This document shows positions 1-7,891 of a stretch of 32,910 nt of DNA, one piece after another. Made by a program: the position numbers and the translations under genes. The notes below the pieces were generated by a model, which searched no databases, was not told the DNA's origin, and was given only the letters and a program-made list of their open reading frames with translations. The stretch's first letter is position 1. Each line of letters opens with the position of its first letter. Source of the stretch: an uncultured Candidatus Saccharibacteria bacterium (GTDB lineage Bacteria > Patescibacteriota > Saccharimonadia > Saccharimonadales > Saccharimonadaceae); contig CAZHRI010000001.1 of assembly GCA_964534725.1 (NCBI GenBank), positions 1 to 32,910 of the forward strand, given 5' to 3'.

Positions 1-635
1 TTCCTTGATTGAACGTGTAGCCTGCCAGTGTAGCTGATATCATCGCCAGACACTGAACGCGTACCAGTTAACTCCACCGTAAGGCCAGTGGTTGGACCCC
101 CTGGCTCACTTACATAGGTCACGTTCATGGTGACCGCTGCATCTCTAATCAGTGTCTCTGTGTTATTAGGACGCTGCCAAACAGAATTCCCTTGAGCCGC
201 CTGACTGCCACCACACCACTTTCCAGTACCCCATATGGCACCCCTAGTCAAAGATCCACCATCTATGTAGTAGCTCCTGCCATATATTGTTGCCTCGCTA
301 ATGCTGATTCCATCGGAGGCTGGCTCACAGTCACTTTTCCTCACTAACTTTCGGTCTGGGTTGAGGGGATTTACGTTTGTGGCCAGACTATCAAGATAGA
401 TGCTTGTGGAGCTGGAGTCGCTTATGTTCGTACTCAACGAAACATCCTGCTCTATGGCATCAAGTGCCGAGAGTATGTCATACTGCAACTGCGACCGGGC
501 ATAAGAGCGAAGTGAACTCATGGATATTTGAATGGTCGCAGCGATTACCGCCCCAATAAGCAAAATTACCATTGGTGCCACCACCACCAGCTCAACCAGA
601 CTAAACCCAGGCTTACAGCGTGACGTATGTGGCAT
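1..635 (-). CDS. Type IV prepilin-like protein (class III signal peptide), 3' end runs off the window; absent from the ORF track
   Basis: Manual translation from ATG at 635 gives MPHTSRCKPG|FSLVELVVVAPMVILLIGAVIAATIQ..., with no stop down to position 1. It has the G|FxxxE prepilin motif and a hydrophobic helix, and overlaps the stop of the upstream pilin gene. Confidence 0.85.
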   Translation of the reverse strand, partial: MPHTSRCKPGFSLVELVVVAPMVILLIGAVIAATIQISMSSLRSYARSQLQYDILSALDAIEQDVSLSTNISDSSSTSIYLDSLATNVNPLNPDRKLVRKSDCEPASDGISISEATIYGRSYYIDGGSLTRGAIWGTGKWCGGSQAAQGNSVWQRPNNTETLIRDAAVTMNVTYVSEPGGPTTGLTVELTGTRSVSGDDISYTGRLHVQSR

Positions 636-1038
636 GAACCACCTCCCTGGCAGGCGTAGCGTAAGTAACCTTTACGGTAACTCGCATAACTTTATCGCGA
701 ACACTGGTTGCTACACCAGTAAGTGGCAGGCAGCGAGATATCTCAATGCCCAAATTCGGTAGACGCGTCTCGCTAATGCCAATGTCTGCTGGCTCCACCG
801 CCTGGGTTGGATGCGAGCTGGCCGTGCAGAGGGTGGTGGTAGTGCTGGCACTGCCAAGTTTTCTAAGTGTTTCGTAGCCAATATTACTAGCCTCGGCCAT
901 CATCCTGGAGTTAGCTGAGCGATTTGTCACGGCATTATACAGCTGAGAGCCACTAATCACCATCATGGCAGCTACAAACAGAGTTACCACCAGCTCAACC
1001 GTAGTAAACCCCTGCTGCAACTTTAATCCTCCCATCAT
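613..1038 (-). CDS. Type IV minor pilin / prepilin-type N-terminal cleavage protein
   Basis: QQG|FTTVELVVTLFVAAMMVI motif, Cys pair in the head domain, 4-nt ATGA overlap with the upstream pilin. Confidence 0.88.
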   Translation of the reverse strand: MMGGLKLQQGFTTVELVVTLFVAAMMVISGSQLYNAVTNRSANSRMMAEASNIGYETLRKLGSASTTTTLCTASSHPTQAVEPADIGISETRLPNLGIEISRCLPLTGVATSVRDKVMRVTVKVTYATPAREVVHATYVTL

Positions 1039-1637
1039 CTCCGCTTACTCTCCACCACCACTCGGGTGTTATCTACTTCAGTTCGATAAATAATTGAAAA
1101 CATCCTACAGTCGTTACTGTGCGGCTTAGACCCTGAGCCATAAAAACCATGCTTTACGCACAGTTCATTATCATCTGGACCGGGTGCATAAACATATTTA
1201 CCGACAGTACCAGCTATGTCATCTGGCCTGGTGTAGCATCGATAATAATTATGACAAGCATCGCCTGTTGGTGAATAGCTGCCAGAAGGCGGGATGCTCG
1301 GCATACTTTGAGAGCCTGAGGCTCCCGGCGGAGTCATTACCGCTACTTCAAGCTCAGAAAATATCAGCTCTAGTTCGTCGGTGGTATCAGTTATCTCCAT
1401 AGGGAGTGCTGGGTAGGTGCCAGCGTTCTTTATGACATCGCCGTTACTATTCTTTATCTCCATGGGATAGATGCTCTCCAGGAAGTTAGCCATCGCCTGA
1501 ACGTCAGCGGCGCGCTCCCTGTCCCTAGCATTGACCTGTGATGAGCGAAAACTAACCACCCCAACGGTTAATAAGATACCTATGATAACCATAGCTACCA
1601 CCAACTCCACTGCGGTGAATCCATCACGCTTACGCAT
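1035..1637 (-). CDS. Type IV pilin / pseudopilin-like protein
   Basis: RDG|FTAVELVVAMVIIGILLTVG...ARDRERAADV...GTYP, a typical pilin N-terminus; four Cys in the C-terminal domain. Confidence 0.9.
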   Translation of the reverse strand: MRKRDGFTAVELVVAMVIIGILLTVGVVSFRSSQVNARDRERAADVQAMANFLESIYPMEIKNSNGDVIKNAGTYPALPMEITDTTDELELIFSELEVAVMTPPGASGSQSMPSIPPSGSYSPTGDACHNYYRCYTRPDDIAGTVGKYVYAPGPDDNELCVKHGFYGSGSKPHSNDCRMFSIIYRTEVDNTRVVVESKRR

Positions 1638-1663
1638 AATTTAAGCATACGTGCTTTACAGTG

Positions 1664-2698
1664 TTAGTGCAAGGTTTTTGTGAGCTCTAGCGGCTCCTGC
1701 TCAATTTGGATTCGAAACTTATCAAAAACCTGTTGAGTAATCTCTGCCCGAGCTGCCGCTAGGTCTGCATACGACGCTGCCGATTCGTTAATTAACACCA
1801 GGGCATTCTTATCATGAACTCGCATGCCATTTATTAGTTCGCCCTTTAGCCCAGTCTGCTCTATTAGCCAGCCGGTCGGAATCTTATGATAGCCATCTGG
1901 CATATCGTAACTCGGCATGTCAGGGTATTCCTTCTTGAGCTCGCCGTATTGCCATGACTCTATGATGGCGTTTTTAAAGAAAGATCCCGTGTTGGGTCGC
2001 TCGCTTGGGTCGGGCAACTTCTCTTTTCGTATATCTATGACCGCTTGGCGAATAATCTCTGGCGTAAATATACTGATCGAGTGGTCATCAAGATACTTCT
2101 GCAAAGCCGCATAGAATGGCGGCTTTGGTGTTGCCCTGTAAAGGCGAATAGTCACACTAGTGATGCAATAGCGACCCGCCGCCTCACCCCTAAAAATACT
2201 ATGCCTATACGAGAGATGGCATTCTGCGGCACTTAACGCGACAAGCCTATCTGAAACACTGTCATACGCCTCGACGCCTACCAGCACATCTGCTGTTTCC
2301 TGGCCGTATGCCCCCACGTTTTGCACAGGTGCGGCACCGACCGTTCCCGGGATAGCCGACATCGCCTCGATGCCACTCAACCCCATTTCAACAACCCTCG
2401 CAACGATTTCATCCCATACTTCACCCGCCCCCAATCTAATCGTCACCGTCGACTGATCGTCAGCAATAATCTCAAAGCCCTTGATGCGGTTGAGCAAAAT
2501 AATACCGTCAAAGCCCTCATCGTGTGCCACAACATTACTGCCACCACCAAGAACAAAAATTGACAGGTTCTGCTCCCTGGCATTCCGGTATATTGTCGCC
2601 ACATCTTCAACCGTTGTTGCCGAAGCCATAAAGCGCGCAGTGCCACCGAGTCGCATGGTGGTGTAGTTTTTTAGAGAAATGCCAGTGTGAACATCCAT
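1664..2698 (-). CDS. murB: UDP-N-acetylenolpyruvoylglucosamine reductase (MurB)
   Basis: GGGSN, IPGTVGAAPVQNVGAYG, SYRHSIF, GSFFKN and C-terminal EQEP motifs. Start moved to ATG 2698 because the longer ORF overlaps the tRNA and its promoter, and TATACT lies 6 nt upstream. Confidence 0.96.
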   Translation of the reverse strand: MDVHTGISLKNYTTMRLGGTARFMASATTVEDVATIYRNAREQNLSIFVLGGGSNVVAHDEGFDGIILLNRIKGFEIIADDQSTVTIRLGAGEVWDEIVARVVEMGLSGIEAMSAIPGTVGAAPVQNVGAYGQETADVLVGVEAYDSVSDRLVALSAAECHLSYRHSIFRGEAAGRYCITSVTIRLYRATPKPPFYAALQKYLDDHSISIFTPEIIRQAVIDIRKEKLPDPSERPNTGSFFKNAIIESWQYGELKKEYPDMPSYDMPDGYHKIPTGWLIEQTGLKGELINGMRVHDKNALVLINESAASYADLAAARAEITQQVFDKFRIQIEQEPLELTKTLH

Positions 2699-2737
2699 AC
2701 GCTTAGTATACCTGAGCTTTTCACACCATGCCAGCTG

Positions 2738-2746
2738 TGATATAAT
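2738..2746 (+). promoter_or_regulatory. Extended -10 promoter (TGaTATAAT) of tRNA-Arg
   Basis: TGnTATAAT consensus ~20 nt upstream of the tRNA 5' end. Confidence 0.65.
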
Positions 2747-2766
2747 CACCAAGGAAAAGTGAGTTT

Positions 2767-2843
2767 GCACCCGTAGCTCAGTGGATTAGAGCATCTGTCT
2801 TCGGAACAGAGGGTCGTACGTTCGAATCGTACCGGGTGTACCA
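2767..2843 (+). tRNA. tRNA-Arg (anticodon TCG)
   Basis: Cloverleaf: acceptor GCACCCG/CGGGTGT, anticodon arm TCTGT-CT TCG GA-ACAGA, T arm GTACG-TTCGAAT-CGTAC, encoded CCA. Confidence 0.97.
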
Positions 2844-2881
2844 AAGAAAGAACTGTCCTTGTTGGGCAGTTTTTTCTTTGG
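2841..2881. terminator. Rho-independent terminator after tRNA-Arg, probably bidirectional
   Basis: CCAAAGAAAGAACTGTCC-ttgtt-GGGCAGTTTTTTCTTTGG inverted repeat with A- and T-rich flanks. Confidence 0.85.
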
Positions 2882-3076
2882 TGTATCGCGCCTAATCGCC
2901 GAGGACACTCCTCTAGTGCATGGGGTAGCTATGGCATCACCAAGTACTGCTCAAGACCTACCACCGGTGCATTTTTCACAAACACAAATTCGAGAGATTG
3001 TATTAACAACCTATATACGCCATATGTAGCGTATTACACCACATATAGCGTCGTGAAAAGCCCGTGAAAAACAGAC

Positions 3077-5479
3077 CTACTGACTATGCCCAAGGCTCTC
3101 TCGTATTTGCTCGGCACTAATAATCGTTGTTGAGCCTGGCGCAAGTGTACCTGCGAGCAGTTGCTTGGCCACAGTATTTTCAACCGTCCGCTGCACTACG
3201 CGGCGCATTGGCCTTGCGCCCAGACGCGGATCATAGCCAGCATCAACCAGGAGCTTCCTGCCTTCTTCTTCGACGGCCACTTGAATCTTCTGTGGCTCGA
3301 GGGTTTTATTGACGCTTTTTAGCATGAGGTCAACCACCTGCAGAAGCTCGGTCTTGTCGAGTGGCCGAAAGACAACAATTTCATCAAATCGGTTAAGGAA
3401 TTCAGGGCGAAATAGATTTGCACTAATTAGTTCGTTGATAAACTGCTGCTCAAACTGCTCCAGTTGGTAGCCGCGCTCAATGTATTCACGAATTCGCTCA
3501 GCTCCCGCATTCGAAGTGGCAATGATAATGGCGTCACGAAAACTAATCTCGCGATTCTTTTCGTCGCGCAGGATGCCCTCATCGAGCAGCTGCAGTAGAG
3601 TGCTTAACACCTGCGGGTGTGCTTTCTCAATCTCATCAAGCAGCACAACACTAAAGGGACGCTTCGACACCTGGGCAGTAAGACTTAGGGCATCATTGGC
3701 GCCATCAGCCAACAATCGCCCAACATCTTCTGGGCGCACAAACTCATTGAGGTCGAGGCGTATGAGGTTGCCTTCACCGCCAAAATACACGTCAGCTAGT
3801 GCTTTTGACAGCTCGGTCTTACCAACACCGGTTGGACCAAGGAAGAGAAAGGTGCCGATAGGGCGATCCTGGTTGCGTACACCCGCTCGAGCACGACGAA
3901 TCGCGTCGCTTACCACCGACACTGCTCGAGACTGATTGATCATCCGTTCGTGAATTAACGATTCGAGGTTGAGCAGCGTATCTCGTTCTTGTTCGTTATT
4001 CGGTGATGATATTTTGATGTTCATGGTCTTTTCAACCGCATCGTGTACCGATTGCTGTGTCACCAAGCCGCCTGTCGCGTACCCTGCCGATGCCTCAAGT
4101 ATCTTGAGCGCCTTGCCGGGCATCGCAAGATCCTGCACGTACCGCTCACCGATGCGATATGCTTCGGTGAGTGCCTGGTACATATAGGTCACCTTGTGCT
4201 GGTTTTCCAGTCGAATCAGTTGATCACGCATAATGTCATATGTATCGTGCTCTGCGGTAGGTGACACCATGAGAGTATTAAGCGCATGGGCAAGTTGAGT
4301 GTTGCGCTGCGAGATTTGCAAAAATCGCTGCTCGTCCATCGTCAAGATGATACGGAGCCGACCAGCTTCGAGTATCGGCAGCAGTACCTTCGAAAGATCA
4401 ACCGAGCCGACACCCTCTTCGAAAAACAACTGCGCATTATCAAGACACAGAATGATATTCTTGGCAAGGAATGCCTCGTTGAAAATGCGGGCTACCAAGC
4501 CTTCAAGTTCGCCTCGACCATTGGCAGCACTGATAAGCGACGAAGCGTCGAGAATGAATACCTGCTGATAGAGCAGGGAAGCGGGGACATGCGCATGCCC
4601 ATCAATGAGCATCTCAGCAAAGGCAGCGACAATCGTACTCTTCCCCGACCCGTCAGGACCAACCAGCGCGACGTTTTGGCGCCCCTTGGCGCTAAATACG
4701 CTCAATAATCGGTCGAGCGACTCTTTATGTACATCAGTTTTGGTCATAATTGTTCCCCCGCTCACCTGCTGGCTGACATTTTGCGCAAATCGCGTCAAAA
4801 GTGGCGTATAGCCAAATGACCAATCCCTGGCAATACCGCCTGTGTTGAGTGGTTTTTCGGCGTATTGGTCAATCAATAACTTGATGCGCTCGTACCACTG
4901 TATGCCCCTATCAACATCCTCCATATCAAGACGAAGGTTCGCCAGCAATCCTTCGTGCGAAGGAAATTGTTCGATAATCGCCGCGGCAAGCACTGCACCG
5001 GTAATCTTTGGGCTGCCGGTTCTCTGCCACACCTCGATAGCCGACTGCCATAGCGCCTCGGTCTCTTTTGGGTCGTCACTCGCTAGGTGCGACAAAAAGT
5101 TCGCGGTAATCCCTAGACGAACCGCCATAAACTGACCCGCACGTATACCGCCAATAATCTGGGCAATTTGCTTCGGTGTCGGATTTTTTGGTAGACGCCC
5201 CAAAATATCCGCAGACAGGACATCATCCATGGTCTGCATAGGCTGTCGTACGGCCATAGTTCTGAGATCACCGCGCCACCAGATGCCTAGCATCAGTAGG
5301 GGACCCGCCATGCTCACAGCCAGCCAGCCAAGTGCATCGCCCTCCATGAGCAAGACAGCCCCACCCAGAACGGCGGTCACCGCAAGAAGATAGGCAATCG
5401 CGCGCCACGAGTCGCCAAATCGCGCTGTAAAGCGCGCCTTTTGCGCTCGCAGACTTGAATAGTTAAATACCGGCTTCAC
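3077..5479 (-). CDS. Membrane-anchored ClpA/ClpB-family (Hsp100) double AAA+ ATPase, atypical
   Basis: Two N-terminal hydrophobic helices. D1 Walker A is GPDGSGKS; D2 has FLFLGPTGVGKTE, VVLLDEIEKAHP, TSNAG, FRPEFLNRFD and GARP. Likely start is GTG 5479 (GTGA overlap with the upstream gene); the track start 5500 is also possible. Confidence 0.9.
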   Translation of the reverse strand: MKPVFNYSSLRAQKARFTARFGDSWRAIAYLLAVTAVLGGAVLLMEGDALGWLAVSMAGPLLMLGIWWRGDLRTMAVRQPMQTMDDVLSADILGRLPKNPTPKQIAQIIGGIRAGQFMAVRLGITANFLSHLASDDPKETEALWQSAIEVWQRTGSPKITGAVLAAAIIEQFPSHEGLLANLRLDMEDVDRGIQWYERIKLLIDQYAEKPLNTGGIARDWSFGYTPLLTRFAQNVSQQVSGGTIMTKTDVHKESLDRLLSVFSAKGRQNVALVGPDGSGKSTIVAAFAEMLIDGHAHVPASLLYQQVFILDASSLISAANGRGELEGLVARIFNEAFLAKNIILCLDNAQLFFEEGVGSVDLSKVLLPILEAGRLRIILTMDEQRFLQISQRNTQLAHALNTLMVSPTAEHDTYDIMRDQLIRLENQHKVTYMYQALTEAYRIGERYVQDLAMPGKALKILEASAGYATGGLVTQQSVHDAVEKTMNIKISSPNNEQERDTLLNLESLIHERMINQSRAVSVVSDAIRRARAGVRNQDRPIGTFLFLGPTGVGKTELSKALADVYFGGEGNLIRLDLNEFVRPEDVGRLLADGANDALSLTAQVSKRPFSVVLLDEIEKAHPQVLSTLLQLLDEGILRDEKNREISFRDAIIIATSNAGAERIREYIERGYQLEQFEQQFINELISANLFRPEFLNRFDEIVVFRPLDKTELLQVVDLMLKSVNKTLEPQKIQVAVEEEGRKLLVDAGYDPRLGARPMRRVVQRTVENTVAKQLLAGTLAPGSTTIISAEQIRESLGHSQ

Positions 5480-5850
5480 AGGCCCACTCCTGAAAGCCAC
5501 AGAAGCACGCCGACAATCGGCGTCAGGGGCAGCACTGTCCAGAGAAGCATGCTCACAGCCGTCCAGAGTGTTCGCAGCAGAATGGCAAATAGGCCGACAA
5601 CAATAGTCAGCGTACGGATTACCCCGCCGACAGCACGTGAAAATAGTCGATCAAAAAACGCACTCAGCTGAACCGGAAAACCCCCCTGTACATTACTTGC
5701 CGAGATCTGCTTAAAGGGGCTAAAAAGCGTCTTTAGCAGTAGGCCAATCGAAAAAAAGTCAGCAGTCCTGAGGATGCCGACATATGAGCGACGAAGATGA
5801 CGGAGCCAGCCGCTGCCGTACCACCACTGAAAGATCCCCACCAAAAACAT
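5476..5850 (-). CDS. Small hypothetical membrane protein coupled to the Clp-like ATPase
   Basis: 124 aa with a QWWYG motif, amphipathic N-half and hydrophobic C-terminal helices; its stop overlaps the ATPase start; TACAAT lies 6 nt before the ATG. Confidence 0.8.
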   Translation of the reverse strand: MFLVGIFQWWYGSGWLRHLRRSYVGILRTADFFSIGLLLKTLFSPFKQISASNVQGGFPVQLSAFFDRLFSRAVGGVIRTLTIVVGLFAILLRTLWTAVSMLLWTVLPLTPIVGVLLWLSGVGL

Positions 5851-5888
5851 AGCTCTATTGTAGCGCAGATGCTATCATTAATAAACAG

Positions 5889-7169
5889 ATGGCGCGTCAA
5901 TATCTCAGTACAATCCTTGGCAAAGCTGTGAAAAAAGCAGCCAAATTGCGTGGCGGCGGCTCTGCCCTGCCTGGACTCGTCATTGAAAAGCTGGACCCCC
6001 AATTCTTGAAGCGTACGCTTGATCAATTGCAGCTTGGAGTGCTTATCGTCAGTGGCACAAACGGTAAAACAACGACCACGAAAATCGTAGTCGAGCTGCT
6101 TGAGTCCGCTGGACTCAAAGTATTTACCAACCGCACGGGGAGCAACTTTTCGCGCGGCGTTGTTGCAGCCCTTCTTGGCGATATCGACCTGCGAGGGCGA
6201 CTCGATGCAGATATCGCCGTTCTCGAGCTCGATGAGGCGTGGGCAGCCCGGTTCGTCGAGCAAGTCAAGCCTCGCTATAGCTTGTTGCTCAACGTACTTC
6301 GCGACCAGCTTGACCGCTTTGGAGAGATCGACGCGACTGCAAAATTGCTTGAAAAAATCGCCGATGCCACCACTGAAACCGTGGTGCTCAATCGCGATGA
6401 TCCGCGAGTTTTTGCCATAGCTAGTAAGATATCGGCCAATCCAGTTTTTTTTGGCACTACCACGGAGCTACTTTCACTTATGCCCACCGATGACAGCCTG
6501 AAGACTGGTGGCGAACAGGCGAACGAAACGATCCACGCTGATGTACTGCTGCAAGATATCAGCAAAGGACACGAGGCGACATTCGTAATTGATAACCAGC
6601 CGCACACCACGCCCCTGGCTTTAAGTGGCGTATACAATATATTCAATAGTGCCGCCGCCCTCAGCATGGTCCGACAAGTCCTGCACGATAGCGCGAAAAA
6701 CGTTTCAAATGAGCGGCTCATCCAACAACTGCGCACTATCCGACCTGCGTTTGGCCGAGGCGAGGTCATTACTGTCGAAGGTCAGCCGATTGAACTTCTG
6801 CTCGTCAAAAACCCAAGCGGCTTCCGACTTGCGCTCCTGTCGTTCGCTGATCCACGACCAACAATGATTGCTATTAACGATAACTATGCCGATGGCCGCG
6901 ATATGAGCTGGCTGTGGGACGTTGACTTCGATAGTTTTCGCGAGGGAGGTATCGCTACAGTCACCGGTATTCGCGCATACGACATGGCCCTACGTTTAGA
7001 ATATGATAATGTGCTGATTGACCACATCGATACCGATATACCCCAGGCGCTTCGACGGTTTGTCGGTCGCTATCCAGACCAGCCCAAGCGTATTTATTGC
7101 ACCTACACCGCCATGCTTACCATCCGTCGCACCTTAGCTAAAATCACACAGGTCGAGGTCGTACAATGA
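5889..7169 (+). CDS. murT: Lipid II isoglutaminyl synthase subunit MurT (Mur ligase + DUF1727)
   Basis: GGGSALPG, SGTNGKTTT, LELDEA, RDQLDRFGE, LLVKNPSG, DGRDMSWLWDVDF and TYTAML motifs; ATGA overlap with gatD. Confidence 0.93.
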   Translation: MARQYLSTILGKAVKKAAKLRGGGSALPGLVIEKLDPQFLKRTLDQLQLGVLIVSGTNGKTTTTKIVVELLESAGLKVFTNRTGSNFSRGVVAALLGDIDLRGRLDADIAVLELDEAWAARFVEQVKPRYSLLLNVLRDQLDRFGEIDATAKLLEKIADATTETVVLNRDDPRVFAIASKISANPVFFGTTTELLSLMPTDDSLKTGGEQANETIHADVLLQDISKGHEATFVIDNQPHTTPLALSGVYNIFNSAAALSMVRQVLHDSAKNVSNERLIQQLRTIRPAFGRGEVITVEGQPIELLLVKNPSGFRLALLSFADPRPTMIAINDNYADGRDMSWLWDVDFDSFREGGIATVTGIRAYDMALRLEYDNVLIDHIDTDIPQALRRFVGRYPDQPKRIYCTYTAMLTIRRTLAKITQVEVVQ

Positions 7170-7891
7170 GTCAACCAGGAACTATCCGCCTACTTCAGCT
7201 GTATCCGAAAGATATGAATATCTATGGCGACTGGGGCAACACACTCGTCTTAGCGCGACGACTTGAGCGACACGGCCTCTCGCCGGAGCTAATTGAGTAT
7301 AATGTTGGCGATGCATTCCCTGATGACATCGACATAATCGTCGGAGGCGGCGGGCAAGACAGCGGGCAGAACATCATCCAGAATGACCTCCAGCGGATTG
7401 GCAGCTCACTCCACAAGCTCGCTGACGAAGGCGTACCAATGCTCGTTATTTGCGGTCTTTATCAGCTATTTGGCCACCGATTCGTCACGGCCAATCACAC
7501 AGATATACCCGGCATCGGACTACTCGACCTAGAAACGGTCGCAGGGCCAACACGACTCATCGGCAATATCGTGACCGAGAGTAAAGAGTTCGGTACAATC
7601 ATCGGATATGAGAACCATAGCGGACAAACTACGCTTGGCAAGAATGTACGGCCGCTGGCTGAAGTTCGACTTGGTGCTGGCAACAACGACCATGACGGAC
7701 ACGAGGGTGCTCGCTATAAAAACATCATTGGTAGCTATCTACATGGCTCACTCCTGCCGAAAAATCCACGAATTGCCGACTGGATGATTGAGCAGGCTGC
7801 GACTAGAAAATTTGGCACGTTTCAACCGAGTAGTATCGATGATACGCTCACTGAACGCGCTCGTCAGATAGCCATGCAGCGCTCTCGCTAA
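7166..7891 (+). CDS. gatD: Glutamine amidotransferase subunit GatD (CobQ-like)
   Basis: YGDWGN, GGGQD, catalytic ICGLYQ, GYENHSG and YLHGSLLPKNP motifs; directly downstream of murT. Confidence 0.93.
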   Translation: MSQPGTIRLLQLYPKDMNIYGDWGNTLVLARRLERHGLSPELIEYNVGDAFPDDIDIIVGGGGQDSGQNIIQNDLQRIGSSLHKLADEGVPMLVICGLYQLFGHRFVTANHTDIPGIGLLDLETVAGPTRLIGNIVTESKEFGTIIGYENHSGQTTLGKNVRPLAEVRLGAGNNDHDGHEGARYKNIIGSYLHGSLLPKNPRIADWMIEQAATRKFGTFQPSSIDDTLTERARQIAMQRSR

